64,000 nt of DNA. It comes from Octopus bimaculoides. Its lineage: Eukaryota. The notes beneath the pieces were generated by a model that saw only the letters and a program-made list of their open reading frames with translations, had not been told where the DNA came from and did not search any database. The translations under genes and the position numbers were made by a program. Shown one piece after another: positions 25,412-39,419 of the stretch. The DNA is taken from assembly GCF_001194135.2 (NCBI RefSeq), contig NC_068986.1:73295901-73359900 (forward strand). The letters run 5' to 3'. The stretch's first letter is position 1, and every line of letters starts with the position of its first letter.

Positions 25412-25772
25412 TTATGACCGTGTTCCGACCCGGGTCGCAGCAACAAAGTTCACTCGCCACGCTTCTCGATCTAACTTCACTGCATCGAGGTCTTGGATAC
25501 ATTCCAGGCTAGTGCCTGAGATCAAGTTGCCGATGTAAGTGTAAAGACATACTCCTCTTCTTATATCACTATGAAGTGGGTTCCACAAGATTGATAAGGA
25601 TGCGTACAGTTCAGGGTGGCACCTGCAGTAACCATATAGTCACAGCCGTCTTTGCCTGATCTTCTCGCTAACTTTCGGCAGATCTCTATAAAGGCATTCG
25701 TTTGTCATATGTTGCTGAGATTTCAAATTTAGGGCCATTCGCAGCACCCTTGTGTTGCAGACATCAAGCCTA
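25412..25772 (-). mobile_element. RTE-clade LINE, C-terminal ORF fragment
   Basis: RLDVCNTRVLRMALNL..QQHMTNECLYRDLPKVSEKIRQRRL*LYGYC..ILWNP..TYIGNL..LDREAWR, the typical RTE C-terminus. Confidence 0.82.
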
Positions 25773-25922
25773 TTTGATAATTATCTAAACATAACGCGTC
25801 CGAAGAAATGCCTGTAAGCATTTTTTATCCGACAGTTTAGCGATTCAGCCAGCTTGGTGCTTTTAGAATATTTATAAAAAATGATTCTGGTATATCACCA
25901 TTCTGTGACTTTTATGTTTTTG

Positions 25923-26079
25923 CGGCGTGGTTGCATGGTAAGACGCTTGCTTCCCAACCACATGGTTTCGGGTCCAGTCCCACTGCGTGATACCTTGTGC
26001 AAGTGTCTTCTACTATAGCCTCGGACCAACTAAAGCTCTGTGAGTGGATTTGGTAGATGGAAACTGAAAGAAACCCGTC

Positions 26080-26142
<63 letters not shown>

Positions 26143-26388
26143 TGTATGTGTGTGTGTGTGTCTATCCGTCTAAGTATCCCTCACCACCGTTTGACAACAA
26201 GTTACTGGTGTGTTTTTGTCACAGTAACTTCGCGGTTCGGCAAAAACGATCAATAAAACAAGTACCAGGCTTTAAAAAAAATGTTGGGGTCGATTCATTC
26301 GACTAAAAAAAATGATAATAATAATAATAAAAACTTCTCCTAAGGCGGTGCCCCAACAAGGTTGCAATACCAAATGACTGAAACCAGT
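25923..26388 (+). mobile_element. SINE family A, full-length
   Basis: Head, internal (TG)n(TA)n, tail. Confidence 0.9.
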
Positions 26389-26458
26389 CAAAGTGGCCCA
26401 CTTTGTTATAATTTGTGATAGCTCTTGCAGTTTGTTGTTATGTGAATTAGTATGTGCG

Positions 26459-26623
26459 AGGGCCGGCCTCAGGGTTGCTGGCGCCCCGAGCATGCTGAAC
26501 TTCGGCCCTTTCACAAGTATAATTTTCTAAAACTTTCACGAGGAGAAAAACTGAAAATGTGGACTAAAAAGCACATATTGCCCCGGGCGACTGCCCGAGT
26601 TGCCGGTACCTCGAGCCGAGCCT
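26459..26623. mobile_element. Probable hAT/Tip100-like MITE
   Basis: Imperfect TIR AGGGCCGGCCTC / GAGCCGAGCCT; GC-rich ends around an AT-rich core; TSD unclear. Confidence 0.5.
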
Positions 26624-26959
26624 ATGCAATGGTTGTGCAGATCACTTGAATTTAAAAGTACATGTACTTTATCACCAATTATAAGTGTCTATGTCTGTAT
26701 GTCGTCTACGTGTGCAGGCGAGTGTATGTATGTATTCATGTGTGTACGTATATAAGCGTATGCAATATTTATATATGGGAGTATGTATGTTCTTTTCGTT
26801 TTATTTTTCATGTTTTTCCTAGTAGAGTGAGATATCTAGTTTCAGACCCGGAAACCCTTTCACTGGAATTTAGACATCATCAACTGAGTAGACGTGACTG
26901 CATGCAAACATGTATGTATTGTATAAGTAAATATATATGCTTTGATTAATGCATATATA

Positions 26960-27176
26960 CGAGGGTGTGCTGAAAAGTTCATGGCTTTGGGTAAAAGAAA
27001 ATACAGGAAGATCTGTTAATAATGATTCTATTCAACATATTCCTCCCTCAGATTCACACACTTGTTGCAGCGGTTCTTCAGTTTTTCTAAGCCCCGTATA
27101 AAGAACTCGGAAGGTTGGACCTCCAGCCAGGCCTTTCGTGGCACCCTTAAAGCCAGGGACTTTTCAGCATCCCTCG
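26960..27176. mobile_element. Mariner-type MITE
   Basis: TA-CGAGGGTGTGCTGAAAAGT ... ACTTTTCAGCATCCCTCG-TA. Confidence 0.9.
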
Positions 27177-27256
27177 TACATAATCTATATGTATGCTTAT
27201 GCATGTATATACGTACGCCTATACGTGTATATATGTCTTTTTTTAAAGTCTGTCTT

Positions 27257-27684
27257 TTATCTTTTATCTTTTACTTATTTTAGTCATTAGACTGTGGCCG
27301 TGCTGGGGTACCGCCCTGAAGAAATTTTAGTCGAATGAATCAACCACAGTAACCACTGTACTGATTTTTTAAAGTCTGGTACTTATTCTATCACCTTTTT
27401 TGTGGAACCGTTAAGTTGCGGAGACGTAAACACACCAACACCGGTTGTGGGGGACAGACGGACACAATTACACGCACACATACACACACGGATATAGACG
27501 ACGGGCTTCTTTCTGTTCCTGTTGACCAAATCCACTCACAAGGCTTTGGTTGGCCCGAAGCTATGGTAGAAGACACTTGCCCAAGGTGCCACGCACTAGG
27601 ACTGAGCCAAGAACTATGTGGTTGGGAAGTAAGCTTCATACTACACAGCCACACCTTTCTTACTATACAGCCACACCTGTGCCT
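27257..27684 (-). mobile_element. SINE family A, full-length, with duplicated head end
   Basis: Revcomp match; TACTACACAGCCACACCT repeated. Confidence 0.85.
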
Positions 27685-27924
27685 ATCCATGTGTATTCGT
27701 TTTCATGTCTGTACGTGTTCCTGTGTCAGGTTTAACCACCGGAATGTTTGACATACTTTAACTTTTCCATCTGTATCATTTAATTGCATTTTCCTAAGTA
27801 TCTGTGTTCCTTCTGTTTTTCTGAAGTTCACCTTCTCAACATTGGTACAGAGGTAGTTAGTTACATAGCCAAGAGTCCGAATTACTACCGATATAAGTTG
27901 TATAACGCTCAAGTTACAGTCCAG

Positions 27925-28386
27925 CTGACTGTGTAGTAAAGAAGCTCGCTGGTTTCAGGTTCAGTCCCGCTGCGTGCGGAAGCGAAATTTGCTTTGGGTT
28001 GTCTAACTCAGGTTGTTCAAAGCGTTTCAAATTGCCCCCACGCCACCAAAATTTCAGGCTCTGTTGTAGGGGGTGAGGTGAGGTGCGCTTGCACCCTTTG
28101 CACTCGAGTTATGGCTGCGTGACACCTTGGGCATGTGTCTTCTATTATAGCTCTGGGCAGACCAATGCCCTGGGAGAGAATTATGTTGACGGAAAGTGTG
28201 AAAGACGGACGTATGTGTGTGTGCTCACGACCGTTGAGAACTAGTGTTGGTTAGTTTTCTTCCTATAACTTAGCAGTTTGATAAAAAAAAAAAAAAAGAT
28301 CGAAAGAATAAGAACCAGATTTCAAAGAGGAAAAAAAAAAGTTGCCCCAGCATGGCCGCAGTCCAATAATTGAAACAAGTAAAAAA
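27925..28386 (+). mobile_element. SINE family A interrupted by a 137-bp insertion (27977-28113)
   Basis: 8-bp direct repeat GCTGCGTG at 27969-27976 and 28114-28121; the SINE resumes with ACACCTTGGGCATGTGTC. Confidence 0.75.
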
Positions 28387-29585
28387 AACAGATGCAGTTG
28401 CTTCAGGTTTCTTATCAGTTGAATGTAAATGTTTTTCTCATTCATTCAATTACTTCGAACGTTATGTGCGCATCTTCTGGGCAACTGGTTTCTACTGCTT
28501 AGTACATTTTCGTCTCTCTGTCCCGAATTATTATATTTGGTATGTTATGCTTGCAATTTTAGCGAGGTCTTGACAAAAATATTCCACCAGTATTCTAGTT
28601 CGCTGAAACATCTTTTAATTTTACCTTGAGCATTATTTCTTTTGTGGATTACTGCCTGTAGTGAGTTAACCGCATTTAATCATACCGCATAAACATGATG
28701 GTCATACCTTATGATGGTCACATCTTTGGTGACAGTTCCATTACCTTCATGGTTTGTCACATAAAACCGCTATTTACACTTTTATCCACTTTTTGTGCAT
28801 CAGATATTTTGTTATTATTTTCCTGTTCGTTAGCACGACGGAGAAAATTCTCAGCTGCGTTTCTTCCGGCTCTTACGTTCTGGGTTCAAATTCCGCAGAG
28901 ACGCACGAGGTCGTTCAAATAAAATATTGAGCTCTAGGCTTGACTCAGTCGATTAGCTCGCTCTTCCAAAATTTCAGGCCTTCTACCTATAATAGGGTTT
29001 ATTTCCTGTTTGTCATGTGCAAAATCATATTTTTCTGAGTGAGAGCTAATATAATGGTCGTTGGTCTAAGATTCTATTAATGTCACTCAGGTACGCATAT
29101 ACTGTAACTGGATGCAGGTATGCATCAATTTACAGGCGTGCATGCATGTCAGCCCTGCAGATTTCTGCACGCGAAACTGTAATGTAAGTCACTTGTTGCA
29201 CGCCAGCAATGTAGTCTGTTTTCACTAGTGACGCTGCGTGTGTGTGTGTGTGTACACAAGTGTATATGTGAGTGTCTGTGTGTGGTCTGGACTAAAAAGA
29301 ATGACTTAAATACAATTAGAGACACACGTAAGTCAACAGCAGCAGCAATAACAGCTATACTCACTTGAATATCGATAATATTTACAACCTCTGTGGTAAG
29401 TAGGTTTGTACCTGGTGAAGGTTGCAACTACGCGCGCATATACACATACGTACTGGTGTGAGTGTATGTTTTGAAATGGAATTGGTTGTGCTATGGTAAT
29501 GATTGTGTGGACAGATGATGATGATGATAAAACTCAAGGTGTTGAATAGTCAGTCCCAGCCCAGTCCTGATCCAGTAGGCCTATG

Positions 29586-29620
<35 letters not shown>

Positions 29621-29995
29621 CACATACACACACACAGTTACATTTTCCAATGAATCCGTTTCTTTCTAAAACTGTAATATGAGATTTGCGGGACATTTGG
29701 CTGTTCTTTCTAGCAAATCAAGCGATCGCATGGAGGACTTTTCATTGGTCGTATATTACATAAAACAGTGGATGATCGGTGATATTAATAAGACTCTGTC
29801 TACGTGTGTTCATGCGCTTGTGTATACGTGGGAATACACACACGTATCTGTGTACAAGCATGTAAACTTGTCCGCGCAAATGACACGATGTATGCGTGTA
29901 TGTGTGCATCTATACACGTATCTATCGTTTAATTACTTGTGTCCAATTATTCCTTCATTAATGTATCAATCACTTGTTCCCCCTCTCCCTTTTCC

Positions 29996-30087
<92 letters not shown>

Positions 30088-30208
30088 TCTTTATAAGAAC
30101 GGTGAATCCTGAACCAAATAAAGCTATAAATAACAGCGTTATATATATATATATACACACACATACATCCTCTATATTTTGCTGATCATACCTTCACGGA
30201 ACAGTATA

Positions 30209-30252
<44 letters not shown>

Positions 30253-30349
30253 GTGTGTATAATTATTATTTAAAACAGTTTGATTCGGTCCCATGCTACT
30301 TCAAGTTTTGCAGGCCCCTAACGGGAACACGACTCCTTCAGTTTTCTGG

Positions 30350-30430
<81 letters not shown>

Positions 30431-31819
30431 TTATTATTTGGGTCCAAGCTGTCTATTGCTACTCTGAGTTTCATCTGTGGGTGCATAGGATCTTGAGGCT
30501 AGGCATAATTTGTATCAAGATCCTGTGAACTCTCAGCTGACACTCAATGAAACAAGAGACTAACTTCACCATAATAAAATTCGTTATTGATCTTAATCTT
30601 TAACTAAGGTATTGAGTACTCTTTCTTTCGACAGTCCACACTCAACGGCTGTATGTATGCATGTATGAATATATGTACGTGTTCACGTACGTACATGTGA
30701 GCATATACGTGCGTGCGTGCGTGTGTGTGTATGTGTGTGTGTACGTACACAAGGAAGCAGATTTGTTTACAATTAAGACATGAAACATTTACAAGGATGA
30801 TAATATAACGAATAAACACACATACACATCTACGCACGCAGACACAGAAACACTCTTACGTAAAGATAGATTCCTAAGAGATTCCGTAAGTCAAATATTT
30901 ACATATCTTAATACAAACATATCATGTTGTATACCGAACTTAAAAATATGAATACAAATGTATGTGTGTGTGTGGTATATATTTATATAAACATATATAT
31001 ATACACAAACGCATCTTATGGAATCTGCTTCTCATAATATTATCAAACGATTATTGTTATCAAAATTAATAGATCCGAAACAAGTTCAGGATATTGTTAT
31101 ATTTCTGCTTAATGTTTATCAACCGGTTATTGTTATTTAATATACTCCATCCGAAAGTGATCATAAGAAGCAGCTTTCACTATACAGTGTCATACAATTT
31201 CGCACTTATCACCGCGCACGCATATATATATGTATGTATGTATATAGTGTGTGTGTGGGTGTTAGTATGTTTGTGTATATATACACACGCAGGGTGTGTG
31301 TAAATATATTTTAACCTGTATTTTACATGCTTATACAGCGTGAAAGGTTTTATACATGTTTGTGTGTGTTATATGTGTGTGTATGGACATTAATGGTTGT
31401 TTCTCACTCGAGTTACGATAAAAACAATTGTATATTAAACTGAAGGTTTGCTCCATACTTTTTGTTAGAGTACATATTATAATTTTGCAAAACTTCGAAG
31501 TCACTGTCACCGTTATTTGCGTGTGTCGAATGTTTATACGCTGTCACTACTTAATTCCTTCTCTGTGCGATCAAACCCTGCTACACCTATGGAATGTCCA
31601 CATTGTAAATTCATTCTGAAAGTTAGTTGGTTGTATTTAGATTGTGTCTGAAGCGGAAAAGTAAAAATTAAAGGAAAAGAAAAATGGAAAACTAAGAGAG
31701 ATGGAAGATACATAAAAATTGCTTCTTCGTTGCTATTTAGACATCGACGATTATTTAATTATCTGGAATTTTAATGATGGAATTGAGGACCCCCCTCCCC
31801 ACACCGAAATACACTATCA

Positions 31820-32020
31820 GAGATGGAGCTTCTGTGCGGTCGTTTAGTCTGCTAAAATAACAACCAAATCTCTCTCAAAATCACGCCCCGCTGCATTAAA
31901 ATGCAAGGTCACATTGGATAATGTAGTTCTAGATTTGCTGTCTGATTATGGGACAAGGTGGTCAGATCTGGAATGAGTTTGATCATAAGTCTGTTTGATC
32001 AGTGTTCGCTTATAGTTGAA
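31820..32020 (+). mobile_element. Old dispersed repeat family F
   Basis: Shared motifs AGCAGCCAAATCTCCCTCAAAT, ATAATGTAG, TTTGATCATAGGTCTG..GATCAG; other copies at about 32360, 34530, 34850, 52520, 53915 and 60020. Confidence 0.65.
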
Positions 32021-32192
32021 CAAGCAACATGTGATATAAAGTAATGGATCGTATTGGTGGAGGTGATGATGGTGGAATTTTTTTAGCTAAATGCTCGTTC
32101 CGTAATGAATTTCCATGGTCTTCAGAATCAGTTCGGACTGGTATGTTTTTAAGTTTGGACAAACAATCAACAATGGGACAGTTAGGGATTGA

Positions 32193-32223
<31 letters not shown>

Positions 32224-33371
32224 TAATAATAATATACTTTGCAGTTTGGATCAGTCAAAGATGTTACTCCACAAAAACAGACTAATAACAATATTAAAAA
32301 TTAAAATAGCACGAAGTAGATAACAATATGAAAAATAACAATAGCACGAAACGAGGGAGTCGCTGGAAGCTGCAAGAAATAGCAGCAAAATTTGCCTCAA
32401 ATCATAGTTTACTTTCTAGGGTACAGTGTTAGTTTCTACCATGCAAGAAAAAAAAAATGACATTGCCGTTGTAGGAGCACCTGTGATCGTAGGAACTAAA
32501 CATCAATAGTATATCGAAGATAGGTTGTTAGATGCGGTGGTAGTAACGGGGCTTCAACCAGCTGTTTTCCCTCTGATTCCACTTCCCTTCTCTCGTTTCC
32601 ATGTCTTATTCTCATCTCCCCCTATCTTTCCCGCCACATCTCTCTTTATCTCTCTCTCATCCCCTCTTCTTTTCTTAACATGATATATTTAACTTTCAGC
32701 AATCGTAAAAGTCATTCTCAGCAACTGGAAGCAGGAGATACTACTCCACTATTCCACTATTCCAACGTTTTAACCACACTTGTCTCACTATTCCATTATT
32801 CCAACTATAGTATTTACACTTTGAACACGGCCAACTTCTTTCTCTTTCCGAGACCGTTTAATTAAGACTGCTGCTGGTTACGTTGATGTAGCAGAAACAG
32901 CCGCCGCCGCCGCCACCACCACCGCCGCCGCCACTACTACTACTACTACTACTAGTTTCTTGTACCCACAACGAAGACTATTGTTTAATTAATTAAAAAA
33001 AAAAATAGTAATAAGGTGAAGTTTTTAATAAACGAAATAACTCAAAGGGATCGATGATTTTGTCTTAATATGTTCCGTGGTACTGTAGAAAATGTTTTAG
33101 GGCTAATATCTTTCTAGCAATTGCTCGATATTTCTGTATCTAGCCGTGTGTGCGTGCGCGCGTGTGTGTGCGTATCTCTCTCTCTCTCTCTCTTACACAC
33201 ACACGCATAAATATATATGCTTGAGGCATATTCGAACCCGTAGAAACCCATCCACTGTGTTTTGTTATGGAGAAAAAATTTTTTCTCTTGCCAAATGACT
33301 GTAAATACAGCGAGAAATTTTCTCCGTGGTGAAGCACAGTGAATGAAAAGAGAGAGGGAGAGGGAGAAAGA

Positions 33372-33842
33372 GGTGAGCATGACTGTATGGTTAAAAGGTT
33401 CGCTTCGCAACCACGCTTTTCGGGTTCAGTTCAACTGCGCGGCAAGGCAATTTTAGCAGCATTATAGGTCCCAGTAAATCAGTGCACTAGGTCCAATAAC
33501 ATTTATCAACAGTAAGCCACAGCATACATAGATTAGAAATATCCCCTCCCGCAAACTTCTGGGGTTGGGCTCTGGGGCAATTGTCCCGCGAGCTTATGTC
33601 TGAAGACGGCACTGCTGCACGACATTGGGCAAGTGTCTTTTACTACGTGTTTCACTGCTTGACAACAAATGTTAGTTTATTTACGTCCCCGTATCTTAAC
33701 GATTTGACGTAAAAAAAAGAAAGAAAAAGAGTCCGATTTAATAAGTACCAGATTTACAAATATATACTAGGATCGACTTGATCGGCTAAACCCTTCTTGG
33801 TGGTGCTCCAGTAGGGCCATAGTCTAATGATTAAAACAAAAG
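33372..33842 (+). mobile_element. SINE family A interrupted at about 33445-33610
   Basis: Head to CTGCGCGGCA, unrelated insert, then CATTGGGCAAGTGTCTT and the 3' half. Confidence 0.65.
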
Positions 33843-35479
33843 AATAGTGTGTGTGTGTGTGTTAAGTATGCCTGGTTTCGCAGTTATTCTGGCAACAGTC
33901 AGTTTATCCGAATTTCTCGCGTTCTTTCTGCTTTTCTCTTTCTCTCTTTCTTCCTTTCTCTCTCTCCCTCTCTCTCTCCGTGTACACCTGTAAGTTCCTG
34001 TCAATCTGTCGGTCTGTCCTCTTGTCTATGTATCTGTCCGTCTGTCTCTCTATCTGTCCATCTGTCTGTCTATTTATCTATTCATCTGTCTGCTTCTCTC
34101 CTTATCCATCCATCCATCCATTCGTCCGTCCGTCTGTCTGCGTGTCTGTTTGCCGGTTTTCCAAGTTTTCCAATATTTCCAAAGGTCATTGACATTTCCA
34201 TTGTTTACGTCGTACGTCACATTTAGCTGTAGTAGCAGCATTGTTTGTTAGTATTGTAGCAATAATATAGAGGGACTTCTATATGAGTATTACTATTTCT
34301 TGTTACTATAACTAATATTTATTATTACTAATATATAGTTGCTGTATATTGTTACTATATGAAGCACTGCTCTTTATTGTTATGTATCGTTACTGTTATG
34401 GACAGAATGGCTCGAAATAGCTGTCAGTTCTCACTCAGATCACACTTTTACCGCTTCAAATGTGAGAGTCACGGCCCGGAATGTCTTTTATCGTATCTGC
34501 TCACCAGTATCAAAGCTAATAGAGCCATCGCTGGAGCCTGTATATGATGACTCAACCAGAAACAGCAGTCAAACTCTCCCTCAACACTCCACAGTCTTAA
34601 AAATGTATACATTGTATAATGTAGGCCTAGATCTACAATGTCTGGAAATTAGAATGTAGTCATCGGTGAGATGCCTTTAATTATATATCTGCCCGATCAA
34701 GGGTAGTCTAAGGAGTTAAACAACCACCACAACTATCGAACATGTATGATAGTAACAGTCGTTTCAAATTTTCGCACCAGGCCAGCTATTTTCGAGGAGG
34801 CGGTGAGTCGATTACAAAGATCTCACACGTACCAAAATGGGAACTTCTACATGGTTGCTCTGCTTGCTAGAGATAACAGCCGAATTTGCTTCAGCTGACA
34901 CTGTTTCTCAAAAATTCTTACTTTAAGGACACACGAACTAATGTAGTCTGAATAAAATACCGGACAGCCATGACTGGAAACACTTTTGATCATACTGCTT
35001 CAATCAGAACTGACCTGAAGCGAAACAACAGCAGACAAGCATTAATAGTTCATGACAATTATATCAGAGAGCTGACTTCGATTTTCGATTGAACAGTTTC
35101 ATTTTTACTTTCGCTGTCACTGAACACAGGAAAAACATGAACATTTCACGATCACACTTCTCACCTATAAATTTGTAGCCGTGTGACTATAGGCACAGGC
35201 TTAGCTGTGCAATCAGGGAGTTCCCTTTGCACCTATATTATTTCAGGTTCAATTCCACAGTAAGGTGTGATTTGGCTGCAGGTTTCAGCAGATAAACCAA
35301 ACCACCTTAGAGGCTTCCTCAACGTGCAATGGTAACTTCTCTGCAAATAAATTTTGCATCTCCGTTTTGACTCCTCGTTGGTTTCCATTTAAAAATTCTA
35401 TCATTCATATTCTTCAAAACGGCATGAACCCCACAATTTTACAGCACTTCTCTTATACAAATGAAGCTTTTTTCTTGAT

Positions 35480-35739
35480 TTACTCTTTTACTCGTTTCAG
35501 TCATTTGACTGCGGCCATGCTGGAGCACCGCCTTTAGTCGAGCAAATCGACCCCCAGGACTTATGCTTTGTAAGCCTAGTACTTATTCTATCAGTCTCCT
35601 TTTGCCAAACCGTTAAGTTACGGGGACGTAAACACACCAGCATCGGTTGTCAAGCGATGTTGGGGGGGGGGNNNNNNNNNNNNNNNNNNNNNNNNNNNNN
35701 NNNNNNNNNNNNNNNNNNNNNNNNNNNNNNNNNNNNNNN

Positions 35740-35786
<47 letters not shown>

Positions 35787-35955
35787 TATATACGACGGGC
35801 TTCTTTCAGTTTCTGTTTACCAAATCCACTCACAAGGCTTTGGACAGCCAGAGGCTATAGTAGAAGACACTTGCCCAAGGTGCCACGCAGTGGGACTGAA
35901 CCCGGAACCATGTGGTTGGTAAGCAAGCTACTTACCACACAGCCACTCTTGTGCC
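35480..35955 (-). mobile_element. SINE family A, full-length, gap in the internal microsatellite
   Basis: Near-consensus sequence on both sides of the gap. Confidence 0.92.
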
Positions 35956-36229
35956 TATTTATTTAAGAAACCATAATAAAATAGTTAAATAACTTCGGAA
36001 ATATAGGAGGTTGTGGCGATTATGCTTTCTCGTGGCTCTGCACTGGAGTCTAACTTTCATGAAATGGAATAGCTTAAACAAAAATCTAAGATACGTATCA
36101 GTTTATTTCTTATTTTAAATTCCGTCTTGTTATCGATTAATGATACTTCCACTTTAATCTCCTGCCTAATCTTACTATTTCTTCTAATAGTCCAAATGTT
36201 GTAAGTCAATGCAAATTAATAAAGGAAAT

Positions 36230-36531
36230 GACCGCCTTTGTTCATGAATGACCATGGGATTGTACCTAGAAAGTTCCCCTCCGAGGCACAAGTCCAGGCA
36301 AGATTGTTTATGGAAGACTAGTAGTCACTGCTCCACAACAAGGGAAAGGCAAAGGCTGATACAGCTCGGCACCAGTGATGCTGCAACTCATTTCTACAAC
36401 TTAGTGAACTAGAACAACATGAAATAAAGTGTTTTGCTCAAGAACACAACACATAGCCCGGTCCAGGAAACGAACTCACTACCCCATGACTGTAAGCACA
36501 ACAGTCTAACCACTGAACCACGTGCCTTCAC
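36230..36531 (-). mobile_element. SINE family D
   Basis: Homologous to 190-523. Confidence 0.85.
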
Positions 36532-36624
36532 AATGAAGGCACAAGTTAATAATTATTGCATGATTATTATTCCAACATTGATACAAGAGGTGAATAACTT
36601 TTGTATATTTATTTGTCAGAGATT

Positions 36625-36778
36625 ACAACAGGGGTTGCCACCATCCCCTGCTGGAGCCTCGTGGAGCTTAGGTGTTTTCGCTCAATAAACACACCCAATG
36701 CTCGGTCTGGGAACCGAAACTGCAATCCCCTGACTGTGAGTATGCTGCCCTAACCACTGAGCCATTGCGCCTTCACAC
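36625..36778 (-). mobile_element. SINE family C, 5' part
   Basis: GCTCCACGAGGCTCC and GAGCCATTGCGCCTTCAC match the family C head. Confidence 0.82.
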
Positions 36779-38604
36779 ACACACATACACACACACACAC
36801 ACACACACGCACACACATAGTGTGTGTGTGTGTGCGAGTGTCTGCATTTATCCCCCCCACCCCACTGCTTGAAAATTGGTACAGTAGTTCACCAAGAAAC
36901 CGATAGCGTAAGTACATAGCAAAAGCAAAAAAGTACTGTTGTCAATTTGACTAAAACCCTTCAAAGCTGTGCCACAAAATAGTCACTATCTAATGATTTA
37001 ATCAAATAAACTGTAAAAGATACATATATATACATATATATACAGACGTACACATGTGTGTGAGTGCATGCAAGAACTTGTATGTCCAGAGTATCACTCT
37101 GTGCTCTTTATCACATTTTGAACACAAACTTCATCCATATACTTCTGTCAGGCCTACAAATACGCTTTGTCTTGTGATCCTCCAAACTTATTGCAGTATA
37201 AATTTGACACACAAACAAGACTAAACTTATCGCACAAATATATGGGATTGCCTCTCCCACATATCATATATCTCGCGTGCACACAGACACACACACACAG
37301 CATTATGTCTTCTATTCATGAACAATACACAACTTCAACCATCACACTTCTTACAAATGCTCTGTTTAATAATCTCAACAACCACAAATAGAAACTACAC
37401 ATTTTTCACATAGCCAAGACTTCATTATGAGAACTGTTTCTTTTCAGCTCCATATAATACTTCACTTCTCAATAGCTGCTAACCATTTACAAAGCTTAAA
37501 TATACCTTATGCTTGAGTATTGTTCAGTCAAAGTAACATAACCAACTGCATCAATAATTATAATTATAAAAGTGAACCAATAATTAGAATATGGAAGTTA
37601 TTGGTTTCATATTAACTGTTTATAAATATATATTTTTTCTTTTACTGTCGTATTGTAAGATCACATGATTATAATGTGATACACCATATCTTATATTCAC
37701 ACATATAGATGTATGTGTATCTGTTTATATATCTGTTTGCACACACGTATCTGTATATCTGTTAAAACATACATCCTCATACACAAACTTACAGGCTCAA
37801 AATCTTCAGACAATTGCTAAACTTGCACACACACATACACACGCATGCGCACTCATGCACACACATATACATATGCATATGTACACACACGTGTCCATAC
37901 CCACACACACGCATGTGAGAAATGATCAATACCAAATGCTTCATTTGGAGACAAGTATACATGTGAAGGAAAAGAGAGTTATCTGAAGGAGTTTGATACC
38001 GTGTTCTTATGAAAGACACCCAACACCAAGATCACACACACACACACACACAAAAAAATATGATGTTGTGGGGTTGATACAGAAGTCAGAGCCTGTGGTT
38101 CTGTGATTCACACTATGTTGCCTAGCTTGTTATTCTGCTCCTGATTTATCAAATAAATACAAGAACTGGCTACAAGAAAGGAAACAGTCTAGCATAGGTT
38201 GTTGAACTGAGAAGATATTTGACATAACAGCTGGCTGCCGCTGGCTCCTTTACACCTTCCAGTTTCCATTTTATCAAATGGATTTCTGAAAAAAAAAGAA
38301 GAAAAAAAGTGGGTGGGGTGGAGATCTTTGCTGTATTAGTGCCTTATCCTGAGACTGAGTCCTCCACTATCCGTTTATTGCAGCTCATATCTGAAAATGT
38401 TTTTTTATTTCACTGATTTTGTATGATATAACAACATAATTTTAAGTGAGTTACACCATGTTCACACATGTATGTATACCCATAAAGAAATACACACACA
38501 TGTGCACCTGTTTGTATAGCTACACAAAGATATCTGTAGGTTGATATTTACAGATACACGCACACATACATGTGCATATGTACATGCATACACATACCTT
38601 TATG

Positions 38605-38790
38605 TCATCATCATCATCATTTAGCATCCACTCACCATGCTGGCATAGGTTAGATGGTTTGATTGGAGCTAATAAACTGGAGAGCTACAGCAGGTTCCAG
38701 TCTGATTTGGGTTGATTTCTGTGTCTGGATGCCCTTCCTAATGCCGGGGTGCTTTTATGTTCCACCAGCATGGGTGCCATTTACATAAGA
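38605..38790 (-). mobile_element. LINE-tail-like repeat family E with (GAT)n tail
   Basis: GGATGCCCTTCCTAATGCC, the revcomp of the GGCATTAGGAAGGGCATCC motif; homologous to 44711-44930. Confidence 0.72.
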
Positions 38791-39024
38791 CCAGAAATGA
38801 CCACAACTACAATGCACAAATGCCATTCACATAGTACCATCAATAACCAGAACTACAATTCAAGGTTGCCATTTACTACGATTCATGGGTGCCATTTACA
38901 AAGCACCAGTGACAGCCAAACTCAAGTAATGTGTTTGTAGCAAATTAATACAACATAAAAGTCAATCATATATTTGCTATTGCAGTTATTGTTTGCTGTT
39001 TGCTACCTGCAAAGTAATTATTTC

Positions 39025-39230
39025 TTTTACCTTTATATCTTATAGTTGTTTCAGTCATTCAACTGTAATTATGCTTTGGTATTATCTTGAAGTGTTTAGT
39101 TAAACGAATCAACCCCGGTACTTAATTTTTAAGCCTGATACTCATCCTATTGATCTCCTTTTGCTGAACTGCTAGGTTAAACAAACCAGCACCAGTTGTC
39201 AAGCAGTGTTGGATAACCAATACTGCTTGA

Positions 39231-39285
<55 letters not shown>

Positions 39286-39392
39286 CAAGCTTCTTTCAGT
39301 TTCTGTCTACCAAATCCACTCATAAGGCTTTGGTTGTCTCGGAGCTACATGAGAAGACACTTGCCCAGATTCCTGCACAGTGGGACTGAACT
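39025..39392 (-). mobile_element. SINE family A, CpG-decayed
   Basis: Revcomp match with many CG>TG/CA changes. Confidence 0.8.
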
Positions 39393-39419
39393 CACTGTAA
39401 AACACTTTGGGCTTGGGCT

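Noticed and set aside
28440-28780. Mostly open minus-strand frame (about 110 codons, 2 stops)
   Set aside because: No diagnostic RT or transposase motif could be identified
32900-32955. (GCC)/(CCA)/(CTA) run as a promoter or 5' UTR
   Set aside because: Simple repeat only; a similar run occurs at about 10275; no independent promoter evidence
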